From assembly GCA_009908855.1 (NCBI GenBank), contig JAAAOM010000012.1, positions 67,249 through 131,248 of the forward strand: DNA of 64,000 nucleotides, in the 5' to 3' direction. This document shows, one piece after another, positions 29,404 through 38,198 of this stretch (position 1 is the stretch's first letter; every line of letters begins with the position of its first letter). This stretch comes from Bacteroidota bacterium (GTDB lineage: Bacteria > Bacteroidota > Bacteroidia > Bacteroidales > JAAAOM01). The translations under genes were made by a program, and so were the position numbers. The notes below the pieces were generated by a model. It was given only the letters and a program-made list of their open reading frames with translations, was not told where the DNA came from and did no database searches.

Positions 29404-29498
29404 GGAAATAACACACCCCGAAATTTCTTTCGGGGTGCGAAGACAGTCTGTGACCTTAATATTATGAAACGCTGTAAGTATAAAGTTGGCTGTCTTAT
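29404..29498 (-). ncRNA. candidate small RNA, unit 2 of a tandem triplet
   Basis: It lies downstream of TGCAAC-N18-GTCT (29531-29504). It contains ACAGC...ACAGC and the core TTTCATAATATTAAGGT. It ends in the hairpin CACCCCGAAA/TTTCGGGGTG (29414-29437) followed by a weaker T-rich tail, TGTTATTTCC. Confidence 0.45.
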
Positions 29499-29503
29499 GT
29501 ATT

Positions 29504-29531
29504 AGACCAAAAATTAGGCCAAATGGTTGCA
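29504..29531 (-). promoter_or_regulatory. ECF-type promoter candidate (TGCAAC-N18-GTCT) for unit 2
   Basis: The minus strand reads TGCAACCATTTGGCCTAATTTTTGGTCT. It begins a few nt after the unit 3 terminator tail. Confidence 0.55.
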
Positions 29532-29537
29532 TAACTA

Positions 29538-29632
29538 ATAAAAAAGAAATGCCCCGTTTCACAACGGGGCATTTCACGTACTTAGATAAAACCTTAATAT
29601 TACGAAAAAGCTGTTTTTTATTTGCTGTCTAT
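29538..29632 (-). ncRNA. candidate small RNA, unit 3 of a tandem triplet
   Basis: It lies downstream of TGCAAC-N18-GTCT (29665-29638). It contains ACAGC...ACAGC and the core TTTCGTAATATTAAGGTTTTATCTAA. It ends in the hairpin ATGCCCCGTT/AACGGGGCAT (29549-29572) followed by TTTCTTTTTTATT on the minus strand. Confidence 0.55.
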
Positions 29633-29637
29633 AAGGT

Positions 29638-29665
29638 AGACAAGGATAAACTCAAAAAGGTTGCA
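29638..29665 (-). promoter_or_regulatory. ECF-type promoter candidate (TGCAAC-N18-GTCT) for unit 3
   Basis: The minus strand reads TGCAACCTTTTTGAGTTTATCCTTGTCT. It starts 27 nt after the anti-sigma stop codon. Confidence 0.55.
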
Positions 29666-29691
29666 CGGGAATAAAAAAGTTTATGATTTTT

Positions 29692-30870
29692 TTAATATCC
29701 GTAGATATCCCTGATGCCTTCATGCTTAACGGTAACCCGTCCATTTAAAGAAAATGGCTCTCCATTAACATATTTACCTTCCGCATGCCAAATATACTGA
29801 CCATTGGGTGCCAGTCGGCCATGTATATAACCATTCCATCCCTGATTAATATTATCAGTCCTGAAAACCTCCATCCCATTGGGTGCTTTAATGGTCAGTG
29901 AATATTCACTAACCCCGTTATACTGCGGATGAAAAATGGATTCCGGCCAGTCGGCTTTGTGATAGTATCCGTTATTTTGACGGCCCTGTGGACCGGGTAC
30001 AAAATTTTGCGGATAAGACAATCCATATTGCTCCTTAAGAAAATTGGCTGTTAACTCACTTGTATCCTTACAAGCATTTTCAGAAGTGGCTATTAATTTG
30101 ACATTATAAGACTGGTAATTGCTGTATTGATGTAAAGGTTCTTTTTCGCGGGATGATTGGCCATCACCAAATAACCATAAATATTCATCTGCATTTTTGG
30201 ATTTGTTTTCAAACTGAATGGTTTTTTGGGTATTGCTTGATTTTGCTTCATCGATTGAAAAACCGGCTTTGGGGCGACTATGTACGATCACCTCCCTGAC
30301 CTCCTGGTCTGCATTTCCGCTCACCGATATTGCCTGTAAACGAATTGTATGGGTCCCGGGTTCATTAAAAATATAGGTGGTGTTTGGTGAACTTATTTCT
30401 TCCTTCTCATCCAAATACCAGGTAATCGCTTTTGCATTATGGGATGTGTTTTTCAATTCAACTTTTAATGGAGCACATCCTGCCATAGCTGACATTGTAA
30501 ATTCAGCCTCCGGGGTTATAACCTCTTCTTCCGATTCATTTTTCCTGGATATAGGCTGTTCTTCCGCAGAATTTAATTCCGTTTTATTGGTAATATTTTT
30601 GCCGGCAGCCGCTTTTTCATGTTGAACCTCCACGGTATTGACCGGGGAATTTGATTCAGGTGAATTATTAGCTACAAAATATCCGGTTGAAACACCTGCC
30701 AGTAATAAAATGGTATAATAAATATTAAAATGGGAAAGTTTAAGGGAAAAGAAATCTCTTTTCCATAATTTTTTTCGAAGTCCTTTTAAAGCCCTTGTTG
30801 AAGGATTTACCTCATGTGCATCAAAGGCATTTTGGAAGAACTCCTCTATATTAAATGATTCCTTACTCAT
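29692..30870 (-). CDS. putative anti-sigma factor: short cytoplasmic N-terminus, one TM helix, PKD-like domains and a CHU_C/T9SS type B-like C-terminal domain
   Basis: It overlaps the ECF sigma gene by 8 nt. The TM helix is IYYTILLLAGVSTGYFV at about residue 50. The extracytoplasmic part has PKD-like repeats (FTMSAMAGCAPLKVELKNTS...; FENKSKNADEYLWLFGDG). The tail NGMEVFRTDNINQGWNGYIHGRLAPNGQYIWHAEG...GRVTVKH resembles the gliding-associated C-terminal domain. Confidence 0.65.
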   Translation of the reverse strand: MSKESFNIEEFFQNAFDAHEVNPSTRALKGLRKKLWKRDFFSLKLSHFNIYYTILLLAGVSTGYFVANNSPESNSPVNTVEVQHEKAAAGKNITNKTELNSAEEQPISRKNESEEEVITPEAEFTMSAMAGCAPLKVELKNTSHNAKAITWYLDEKEEISSPNTTYIFNEPGTHTIRLQAISVSGNADQEVREVIVHSRPKAGFSIDEAKSSNTQKTIQFENKSKNADEYLWLFGDGQSSREKEPLHQYSNYQSYNVKLIATSENACKDTSELTANFLKEQYGLSYPQNFVPGPQGRQNNGYYHKADWPESIFHPQYNGVSEYSLTIKAPNGMEVFRTDNINQGWNGYIHGRLAPNGQYIWHAEGKYVNGEPFSLNGRVTVKHEGIRDIYGY

Positions 30871-31408
30871 TTTCCCAATTCATTTTTTGCATTTGTTTAA
30901 CAACCCAGTTTTTTGCTCTTAAATACTGTGATTTAGAGGTGCTTTCATCAATATTCAATTTTTCAGCAATCTCTTTATGCTTATAACCTTCAACGGCATA
31001 AAGATTAAAAACCATTCGGTACCCTTCCGGCATTTGAGCCAATAAATCATGCAATTCTTTCACCGAATACTCGGTATCCGGTGTAATATTTATCTTCAAT
31101 TCCTCCTCTGTCATGTCCTCCACGTCCTGATGATGATAGTATTTTTTATTTTTATGATAATGGGTAATTGCGGTGTTAATCACAATTCTTTTCATCCATC
31201 CTTCAAAATTTCCTTTCCCGGTATAACTATCAATATTGTCGAATATCTTCAAAAATGCTTCCTGTAAAATATCTTCAGCTTCCGGTTTGCTCTCGGCATA
31301 GCGAATACAAACCCCCAACAGCAATGCCGCGTAATGCTCATACAAATACATTTGAGCTTTTCGCTTATTCTTCTTACATCCTTCTATGATCTTTTCAAGA
31401 TCAAACAT
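30863..31408 (-). CDS. ECF-subfamily RNA polymerase sigma-70 factor
   Basis: 181 aa. Region 2 is EAEDILQEAFLKIFDNIDSY...FEGWMKRIVINTAI. Region 4 is LAQMPEGYRMVFNLYAVEGYKHKEIAEKLNIDESTSKSQYLRAK. Confidence 0.9.
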   Translation of the reverse strand: MFDLEKIIEGCKKNKRKAQMYLYEHYAALLLGVCIRYAESKPEAEDILQEAFLKIFDNIDSYTGKGNFEGWMKRIVINTAITHYHKNKKYYHHQDVEDMTEEELKINITPDTEYSVKELHDLLAQMPEGYRMVFNLYAVEGYKHKEIAEKLNIDESTSKSQYLRAKNWVVKQMQKMNWENE

Positions 31409-31423
31409 TCCTTTCCGTTTTTA

Positions 31424-31451
31424 AGACTCGCAATTTGATAAAAAAGTTGCA
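31424..31451 (-). promoter_or_regulatory. candidate autoregulatory ECF promoter (TGCAAC-N18-GTCT)
   Basis: The minus strand reads TGCAACTTTTTTATCAAATTGCGAGTCT and ends 15 nt upstream of the sigma factor ATG at 31408. The AAC-containing -35 and GTC-containing -10 are the classical ECF layout. Confidence 0.6.
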
Positions 31452-31769
31452 TCGCTATCGAGAATAAAAATATAAATTTATTCCTTTCAGCCTGCGTGCA
31501 ATCAATATTATTGATTAACAATTGAATACCTGTATAGCCAAATGATAGAGGAACGGGAATTGGACACCGGGCATGGAGGTGCAGAGGGCTGAAATTGGAT
31601 TGGAGATTTAGGTTTCGGGTATTGCGTATTTAAATGTAAATAAACATGCAACTTTAATAAGAAAAATCAGGTTATCCGGAACATCGTAAATTATATATTC
31701 CCATTAATGCATGTAATATATGCATAGATAAATTCAATTTCTGTATATTTCTAAAAACATTTTTTAATT

Positions 31770-32444
31770 ATGAACCAAACCCTTCAAGATATTCTTCAAA
31801 ATGCACTTTTTCAGGGTTTTACTTATAGTGAGCTGGAGCCGTTGATGCAACAGATCAATTACCAGGTTATACAATTTGAAAAGGGCGATGTGCTGGTACA
31901 ATCAGGTGATTCCTGCGATTACTTATTGCTGCTCACACGGGGAAGTGTGAGTGGCGACATGATGGATTTCAGCGGTAAAACCCTGAAAATTGAAGATGTA
32001 CATGCAGGAAAACCTCTGGCAATCGCTTTTATTTTTGGTAAACAACATACATTCCCGGTAACTTTAACAGCCAATGAACATGTAAAGGCAGTTCGCATTT
32101 GGCGTGATGATTTGCTCAAGCTCATGCAACTGAACAGGAAATTTTTACATAATTACCTGAACCTAATTAGCAACAAAGCACAATTCCTCTCTGAAAAGCT
32201 TCATTTTCTTTCATTTAAAACCATTCGGGAAAAATACGCGCATTTCCTGCTTAAATACTATCCCGACGCAAATATAAACCCGGTCAGGATAAAAGAATCT
32301 CAACAACAAATGGCTGATTTATTTGGTGTTACGCGACCATCACTGGCCCGGGTAATGGCTGAATTTGAAGATGAAAAAATTATTTCCGTCAGGAAAAAAC
32401 AGCTAACCATTCTTAATATGGACCAGTTACAAGGGATGACCTGA
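31770..32444 (+). CDS. Crp/Fnr-family transcriptional regulator
   Basis: 224 aa. It has an N-terminal cNMP-binding-like beta-barrel (FEKGDVLVQSGDSCDYLLLLTRGSV) and a C-terminal HTH (QQQMADLFGVTRPSLARVMAEFEDEKII). Confidence 0.85.
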   Translation: MNQTLQDILQNALFQGFTYSELEPLMQQINYQVIQFEKGDVLVQSGDSCDYLLLLTRGSVSGDMMDFSGKTLKIEDVHAGKPLAIAFIFGKQHTFPVTLTANEHVKAVRIWRDDLLKLMQLNRKFLHNYLNLISNKAQFLSEKLHFLSFKTIREKYAHFLLKYYPDANINPVRIKESQQQMADLFGVTRPSLARVMAEFEDEKIISVRKKQLTILNMDQLQGMT

Positions 32445-32626
32445 TTCCTGAAAAACCTGTTTACATAGTATTCCATTCTTCTTATTCCGTTATTTTAATT
32501 TCCTTAAATTAATTCCATTAGGTCCGCTTGAATAAGCCATAATAACATCAAATCCCAAAGTCAGTATTGAAAATAATTTAAATATTGCCATGTTCTATAT
32601 ATTTTTGTCATTCAAAATCGATGAAT

Positions 32627-32968
32627 ATGAAAATTTATCATAATCCAAATTGCACAAAAAGCCGGGAGGGTCTTAAATATCTGAAGGAAAAAACGGTTGA
32701 TTACCAGGTGATCAACTACATGAAAAATGGGTTGACTGAAGAAGACCTGAAAGAAATATTATTGAAGCTCAATCAAAAGCCTGAGGATATAATTCGAACC
32801 AAAGAAGCGATTTACAAAAGCGATTTCAAAGACAAGAAGTTTACAGACGATGAATGGATAAAAATCATTATTGAACATCCAAAATTGTTACAACGTCCTA
32901 TCGTTGTAGATAAAACCAAAGCGGTATTTGCACAGCCGCCGGAGGAAATTGACAAACTCATTCCATAA
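32627..32968 (+). CDS. ArsC/Spx-family (arsenate reductase-like) protein
   Basis: MKIYHNPNCTKSREGLKYLKEK...IEHPKLLQRPIVV is present. I prefer the internal ATG at 32627 over the track start at 32585. Confidence 0.8.
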   Translation: MKIYHNPNCTKSREGLKYLKEKTVDYQVINYMKNGLTEEDLKEILLKLNQKPEDIIRTKEAIYKSDFKDKKFTDDEWIKIIIEHPKLLQRPIVVDKTKAVFAQPPEEIDKLIP

Positions 32969-32971
32969 AAT

Positions 32972-33448
32972 ATGAGAGATTTTTTTATCACCGGGTTAAT
33001 CATATTCACGATTCTATCCTGCGAAGATAAATCTGAAGTTACAGATTCGGGATATAGCAACTTTGAAGTGAATATTTTAAATGAAGTGAATACATACCGG
33101 AATGATCAATCCCTGGCAACAGTTGAAATGAACGACATTATGTGGGAACAAGCACGCATTCACAGTCAAATGATGGCCAATGGCCAAAAAGACCCCGGAA
33201 CTGATAATATTAATGAACGTTACCAGGTTATTCGCAACCAAATCGATAGTATTGCCAACCTTCAAACGGTTGTGGCTTTCCGCATCAATGAATCAACCGA
33301 TCTACTTAATTACTGGCTCTCATTTCCTTCCTTCAGTAAAATTGTAAAGGGTGATTTTAATTATACCGGTATTGGCGTGGCTGAGAATAACGACGGAGTT
33401 AAGTATACAACACAAATATTTGCCAAAATCATACTTGAAGAAGAATGA
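32972..33448 (+). CDS. CAP/SCP (PR-1-like) domain lipoprotein
   Basis: The lipobox is IIFTILSC. ILNEVNTYRNDQSLATVEMNDIMWEQARIHSQMMANG resembles YkwD/SCP domains. Confidence 0.6.
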   Translation: MRDFFITGLIIFTILSCEDKSEVTDSGYSNFEVNILNEVNTYRNDQSLATVEMNDIMWEQARIHSQMMANGQKDPGTDNINERYQVIRNQIDSIANLQTVVAFRINESTDLLNYWLSFPSFSKIVKGDFNYTGIGVAENNDGVKYTTQIFAKIILEEE

Positions 33449-33478
33449 TGATATAACGATACATAAAAAGAAAGCATT

Positions 33479-34873
33479 ATGAGTTTTAGAATTGAAAAAG
33501 ATACAATGGGACAGGTACAGGTACCTGCTGATAAATATTGGGGCGCACAGACCCAGCGTTCAAAGGAAAATTTTAAAATAGGTCCCGAGGCTTCTATGCC
33601 AATCGAAATTGTTCAGGCATTTGGTTATTTAAAAAAAGCCGCTGCTTATGCCAATCATAAACTGGGTGTGTTGGATAAGCAAAAACGAGATCTAATAGGC
33701 TTGGCATGTGATGAAATTATCGAAGGAAAATTAAACGACCAATTCCCGCTGGTGATCTGGCAAACCGGTTCGGGTACACAATCAAATATGAATGTGAACG
33801 AAGTGGTAGCCAATCGTGCGCATGTGATTGATGGCAATCAATTGGGTGAAGGCAATCGATTGATCCATCCCAACGATGATGTGAACAAATCCCAGTCATC
33901 AAACGATACATTCCCCACAGCCATGCACATTGCGGCCTATAAAATAATTAAAGAAACGACCATCCCGGGCATCAAAACCCTGCGGGATACATTGGCCAAA
34001 AAAGCCGAAGAAATGAAGGAAGTGGTAAAAATAGGCCGTACCCATTTTATGGATGCCACACCGCTTACCCTGGGACAGGAATTTTCCGGGTATGTTTCGC
34101 AGCTTGATCATGGCATGAAGGCCCTGGAAAATACCTACGACCATTTAAGTGAATTGGCCCTGGGTGGTACGGCAGTAGGCACCGGACTCAATACACCCAA
34201 AGGTTATGATGTTGAAGTTGCCGGATTCATTGCCGATTTCACCGGTCTCCCTTTCCGCACAGCCTATAATAAATTTGAATCCCTGGCTGCCCACGATGCC
34301 ATTGTTGAAACACATGGCGCACTGAAACAAATTGCAGTAAGTCTGATGAAGATCGCCAATGATATTCGTATGTTATCCTCCGGTCCCCGTTCAGGAATCG
34401 GTGAAATCATTATCCCTGCCAACGAACCGGGTTCATCGATTATGCCCGGCAAAGTTAATCCTACACAGGTAGAAGCTATTACTATGGTGGCTGCACAGGT
34501 AATGGGAAATGATGTAGCCATTTCGGTTGGAGGAAGCAACGGCCATTTTGAGCTCAATGTATTTAAGCCGGTCATGATTGCCAATCTGCTGCAATCGGCC
34601 CGACTCATAGGTGATGCATGTGTTTCCTTCACCAATAACTGTGTATCTGGTATGGAACCCAATTACGACCGGATACAAACATTGCTGGATCAGTCGTTGA
34701 TGTTGGTAACAGCCCTTAATACACACATTGGCTATGAAAAGGCAGCCGAAATCGCTAAAAAAGCCTACAAAGAAAATTCGACCCTGAAAGAAGCTGCCGT
34801 GGCGCTGGGATACTTAACCGAAACCCGGTTTGACGAATGGGTCGATCCTTCGAAAATGATTGGGACGTTGTAA
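33479..34873 (+). CDS. fumC: class II fumarate hydratase
   Basis: [26 protein letters not shown] and the signature [13 protein letters not shown] are present. Length is 464 aa. Confidence 0.95.
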   Translation: MSFRIEKDTMGQVQVPADKYWGAQTQRSKENFKIGPEASMPIEIVQAFGYLKKAAAYANHKLGVLDKQKRDLIGLACDEIIEGKLNDQFPLVIWQTGSGTQSNMNVNEVVANRAHVIDGNQLGEGNRLIHPNDDVNKSQSSNDTFPTAMHIAAYKIIKETTIPGIKTLRDTLAKKAEEMKEVVKIGRTHFMDATPLTLGQEFSGYVSQLDHGMKALENTYDHLSELALGGTAVGTGLNTPKGYDVEVAGFIADFTGLPFRTAYNKFESLAAHDAIVETHGALKQIAVSLMKIANDIRMLSSGPRSGIGEIIIPANEPGSSIMPGKVNPTQVEAITMVAAQVMGNDVAISVGGSNGHFELNVFKPVMIANLLQSARLIGDACVSFTNNCVSGMEPNYDRIQTLLDQSLMLVTALNTHIGYEKAAEIAKKAYKENSTLKEAAVALGYLTETRFDEWVDPSKMIGTL

Positions 34874-35013
34874 GAAATAAAAGTACAACGAATCCTAAGT
34901 TGAGCGAGATGATTAGGTTAATTTGATTCTTATGAATTAATTGCGACAAACATAACCAATAGTTACTCGTTAATGTTTTGATACTTTTATATTTGCAACC
35001 AAAACAAAATCGA

Positions 35014-36216
35014 ATGGCAAAAGTATTAATCATAGGAGCAGGTGGCGTAAGCAATGTTGTTGTACATAAATGTGCGGCTGTTCCCGAAGTTTTTGGTGAA
35101 ATAATACTTGCCTCACGCACCCGGGAGAGATGCGAGGAAATAGCAGCACGCGTCAAAAAGCACCTGAACAGGGATACTATAACCGACCAGGTTGATGCTG
35201 ATGACGTGCGCCGGACTGTACAGCTCATACAAAAACACAATCCTGACCTGGTGCTGAATGTAGCCCTGCCCTACCAGGATATTAGCATTATGGACGCCTG
35301 TTTGGAAACCGGTGTCGATTACCTCGATACGGCCAACTACGAACCCCCTGATGAAGCCAAATTCGAATACAAATGGCAATGGGCTTACCGGGAAAAGTAT
35401 CAACAAAATAACATCATGGCACTCCTGGGCAGTGGTTTCGATCCCGGTGTGACCAATGTTTTTTGTGCTTATGCCCAAAAGCATTTGTTTGATGAGATTC
35501 ACACCATCGACATTGTCGATTGCAACGGTGGTGATCATGGAAAAGCATTTGCCACTAATTTCAATCCCGAAATTAACATTCGCGAAGTAACCGCCCGGGG
35601 GAAGTATTGGGAGAATGGCCAATGGAAATCCACCGATCCCCTTTCGGTTCATCAATCTTTTAATTTCCCGGAAGTGGGTGAACGCAATATGTACCTGATG
35701 TACCACGAAGAAATGGAATCATTGGCTCTCAATATTAAAGGACTCAGGCGTATCCGTTTCTGGATGACATTTGGCGAAGAATACCTCACCCATTTGCGCG
35801 TATTGCAAAATGTAGGCATGACACGTATTGATAAAGTTGATTATCAAGGCCATAAGATAGTACCTTTGCAGTTCTTAAAAGCCGTATTGCCCGATCCCGG
35901 ATCACTCGGCGATAACTACAAAGGCAAAACATGCATTGGTTGTGTGATTGGAGGTGTAAAAGACGGTAAGCCCTCCCGTAAATTTATTTACAACATTTGC
36001 GACCATGCCGAGACTTATAAAGAACTGGGATCGCAGGCTGTATCGTATACAACCGGTGTGCCCGCTATGATAGGTGCCAAACTGATGCTTACCGGAAAAT
36101 GGAAAAAAGCAGGTGTATGGAATATGGAGCAATGGGACCCTGATCCGTTTATGGAAGACCTGAATACTTATGGTTTACCCTGGAAAGTAGAAGAATGGAG
36201 CCATTCGGTAAAATAA
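35014..36216 (+). CDS. saccharopine dehydrogenase-family carboxynorspermidine dehydrogenase/synthase
   Basis: MAKVLIIGAGGVSNVVVHKCA is a Rossmann motif. Length is ~400 aa. The gene is adjacent to and overlaps the carboxynorspermidine decarboxylase gene. I prefer the ATG at 35014 over the track start at 34978. Confidence 0.8.
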   Translation: MAKVLIIGAGGVSNVVVHKCAAVPEVFGEIILASRTRERCEEIAARVKKHLNRDTITDQVDADDVRRTVQLIQKHNPDLVLNVALPYQDISIMDACLETGVDYLDTANYEPPDEAKFEYKWQWAYREKYQQNNIMALLGSGFDPGVTNVFCAYAQKHLFDEIHTIDIVDCNGGDHGKAFATNFNPEINIREVTARGKYWENGQWKSTDPLSVHQSFNFPEVGERNMYLMYHEEMESLALNIKGLRRIRFWMTFGEEYLTHLRVLQNVGMTRIDKVDYQGHKIVPLQFLKAVLPDPGSLGDNYKGKTCIGCVIGGVKDGKPSRKFIYNICDHAETYKELGSQAVSYTTGVPAMIGAKLMLTGKWKKAGVWNMEQWDPDPFMEDLNTYGLPWKVEEWSHSVK

Positions 36217-37367
36217 ACCTGTCAGAGCAACAGTTACAAAACATCATCACCCCGTGCTATGTAGTGAACGAGGTGAAGCTGGAGGAAAACCTGAAAATCC
36301 TGAAACGCGTGCAGCAAGAGGCCAATTGCAGGATTCTGCTGGCCCTGAAAGGATTTGCCATGTGGAGTCTTTTTCCACTAATCCGGCGGTATTTACAGGG
36401 TGTAACTGCCAGTTCCATCAATGAAGCCCTGCTGGGCAGGAAAGAATTTGGGAAAGAAGTACATATTTACGCCCCCGCTTACAGTGAAAAGGAAATGGAT
36501 CGGATTTTGTCCATTACCGATCATATTAGTTTTAATTCGACAGGCCAATGGAAAAAATATAAGCCCTTTGTTCAGGCGCATAAAGCAAAAATATCAGCCG
36601 GTGTACGTATCAATCCTGAGCACTCAGAAGTATCCACACCGATATACGATCCCTGCGCGCCCTATTCACGCATGGGCATAACAATCGAAAATTTTAACAA
36701 GGAATTAAATGAACTGCAAGGTATCGAAGGTTTGCATTTTCATAATTTATGTGAGCTTAACAGTGACTCCCTGGAACACACCCTGAAAGCCGTAGAGGAA
36801 AAATTCGGTTTCTATTTCAACAACATTAAATGGATCAATTTTGGTGGCGGGCATCACATTACCCGGGCCGATTACAATGTGGATCACCTCATCCGTCTAA
36901 TTAAAGACTTTAAAACCAGGTACGACCTGGAAGTGTATCTCGAGCCCGGGGAAGCCATTGGTCTGAATACCGGCGTGCTGGTTTCCAAAGTGATGGATGT
37001 ATTTGAGAACAAAATGCCCATTGCCATTCTGGATACCAGTGCCACCGCCCATATACCTGATGTACTGGAAATGCCTTACCGACCAGCCATATTGGGCGGC
37101 GGAGAACCCGGAGAAAAACCTTATACCTATCGACTGGGTGGTCTCACCTGCCTGGCCGGTGATGTGATTGGCGATTACTCCTTCAATCAACCCCTAAAAG
37201 AAGGCGATGCCTTAATATTTGGCGATATGGCCCATTATACCATGGTTAAAAATACAACTTTCAACGGTATTCATTTACCGGCCATTTACATTTATAATTC
37301 CCACAAAGGCGAATTGCGGCTGCAACGGTTGTTTAGTTATGAAGACTATAAGGGAAGGTTGAGTTAG
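36195..37367 (+). CDS. nspC: carboxynorspermidine decarboxylase
   Basis: 390 aa with a PLP decarboxylase fold (ALKGFAMW, FGGGHHIT, LEPGEAI, CLAGDVIGDY). It overlaps the upstream dehydrogenase by 22 nt. Confidence 0.8.
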   Translation: MEPFGKINLSEQQLQNIITPCYVVNEVKLEENLKILKRVQQEANCRILLALKGFAMWSLFPLIRRYLQGVTASSINEALLGRKEFGKEVHIYAPAYSEKEMDRILSITDHISFNSTGQWKKYKPFVQAHKAKISAGVRINPEHSEVSTPIYDPCAPYSRMGITIENFNKELNELQGIEGLHFHNLCELNSDSLEHTLKAVEEKFGFYFNNIKWINFGGGHHITRADYNVDHLIRLIKDFKTRYDLEVYLEPGEAIGLNTGVLVSKVMDVFENKMPIAILDTSATAHIPDVLEMPYRPAILGGGEPGEKPYTYRLGGLTCLAGDVIGDYSFNQPLKEGDALIFGDMAHYTMVKNTTFNGIHLPAIYIYNSHKGELRLQRLFSYEDYKGRLS

Positions 37368-37465
37368 ACTAATTCCCACAAAGATGTCCAGCAATAAATG
37401 TAACACCTTTGCGCAGATTAGTAAAAATTAGTAATTTAAAGGATTATTAAATGTTATAAACATAC

Positions 37466-37987
37466 ATGAATCTTAAATATGTACCTGCGCTCGTATTATT
37501 TCTGATGATCATTCAAAATATGGCTTTTGGTCAGCTAATCACCGAAAAAGAAGAGATTGATATCCCAAAGAACAATACAATCTTGTTGGAGGCATTTGGG
37601 CATGGGTTTATGTATTCATTAAATTATGAACGAGTTTTTTATAAGCATCCGGTAACCCATACAAGTGCACAAATTGGCATTTCATACTATGGAAATCATT
37701 CGGGAATAGTTCCGCTGTGGATGCCACTGAGTATCAATCAATCCATAAAAATGGCTGAAAGCAATTATATTGAATTTGGTGTTGGTAAGATGTTCAGAAA
37801 TGATGGATATGTTGCTGAAGAAGGAGAATTTATCAATGACTATCAGATCGAAGAATGGATATTCCGTGTTGGATATAAACATTATTTCAATAACAACTGG
37901 TTAATAAAAGTGGCTTATACGCCCATCTATCAGGATAAATCAGAATATATGCATTGGGGAGGCATAAGTATTGGTTATAATTTTTAG
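37466..37987 (+). CDS. hypothetical secreted protein, possibly a small beta-barrel
   Basis: The signal peptide is MNLKYVPALVLFLMIIQNMAFG. It has alternating aromatic-rich strands and a C-terminal ...GGISIGYNF. Confidence 0.5.
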   Translation: MNLKYVPALVLFLMIIQNMAFGQLITEKEEIDIPKNNTILLEAFGHGFMYSLNYERVFYKHPVTHTSAQIGISYYGNHSGIVPLWMPLSINQSIKMAESNYIEFGVGKMFRNDGYVAEEGEFINDYQIEEWIFRVGYKHYFNNNWLIKVAYTPIYQDKSEYMHWGGISIGYNF

Positions 37988-38198
37988 GTTCGGGTTCCAG
38001 GGACAGGAAATGGAAAACGACATAAATGGAATAACCAGCTCGTTATATACGGCCGAATACTGGATGTACGATGCAAGGTTGGGCAGGCGGTGGAACATTG
38101 ACCCGGTAACCTATCCATGGCAAACCTCTTATGCTGCCTTTAATAATAACCCTATATATTTTATTGACTCCGCTTGGACCCAACCAAGCGTAGAATAA
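37986..38198 (+). pseudogene. orphan fragment of an Rhs/YD-repeat-associated core domain
   Basis: It reads FGFQGQEMENDINGITSSLYTAEYWMYDARLGRRWNIDPVTYPWQTSYAAFNNNPIYFIDS. This matches the conserved Rhs core end (GxQGQE...YDARLGRW..DP...YP..SPY.F..NNPI.FID). There are no upstream YD repeats, and the DPxGL cleavage motif is replaced by DSAWT followed by a stop. Confidence 0.6.

Noticed and set aside
29371-29674. Track ORFs of 68 aa (minus) and 62 aa (plus) across the sRNA-like triplet
   Set aside because: They run through terminator hairpins and promoter-like motifs. No reading frame is conserved between the three paralogous units, so coding is unlikely.
31545-31625. G-rich stretch (GAGGAACGGGAATTGGACACCGGGCATGGAGGTGCAGAGGGCTG...) in the sigma / crp-fnr intergenic region
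   Set aside because: The composition is atypical for this AT-rich intergenic DNA, but I found no ORF, no repeat and no convincing secondary structure. It lies upstream of both candidate promoters, so I cannot assign a function.
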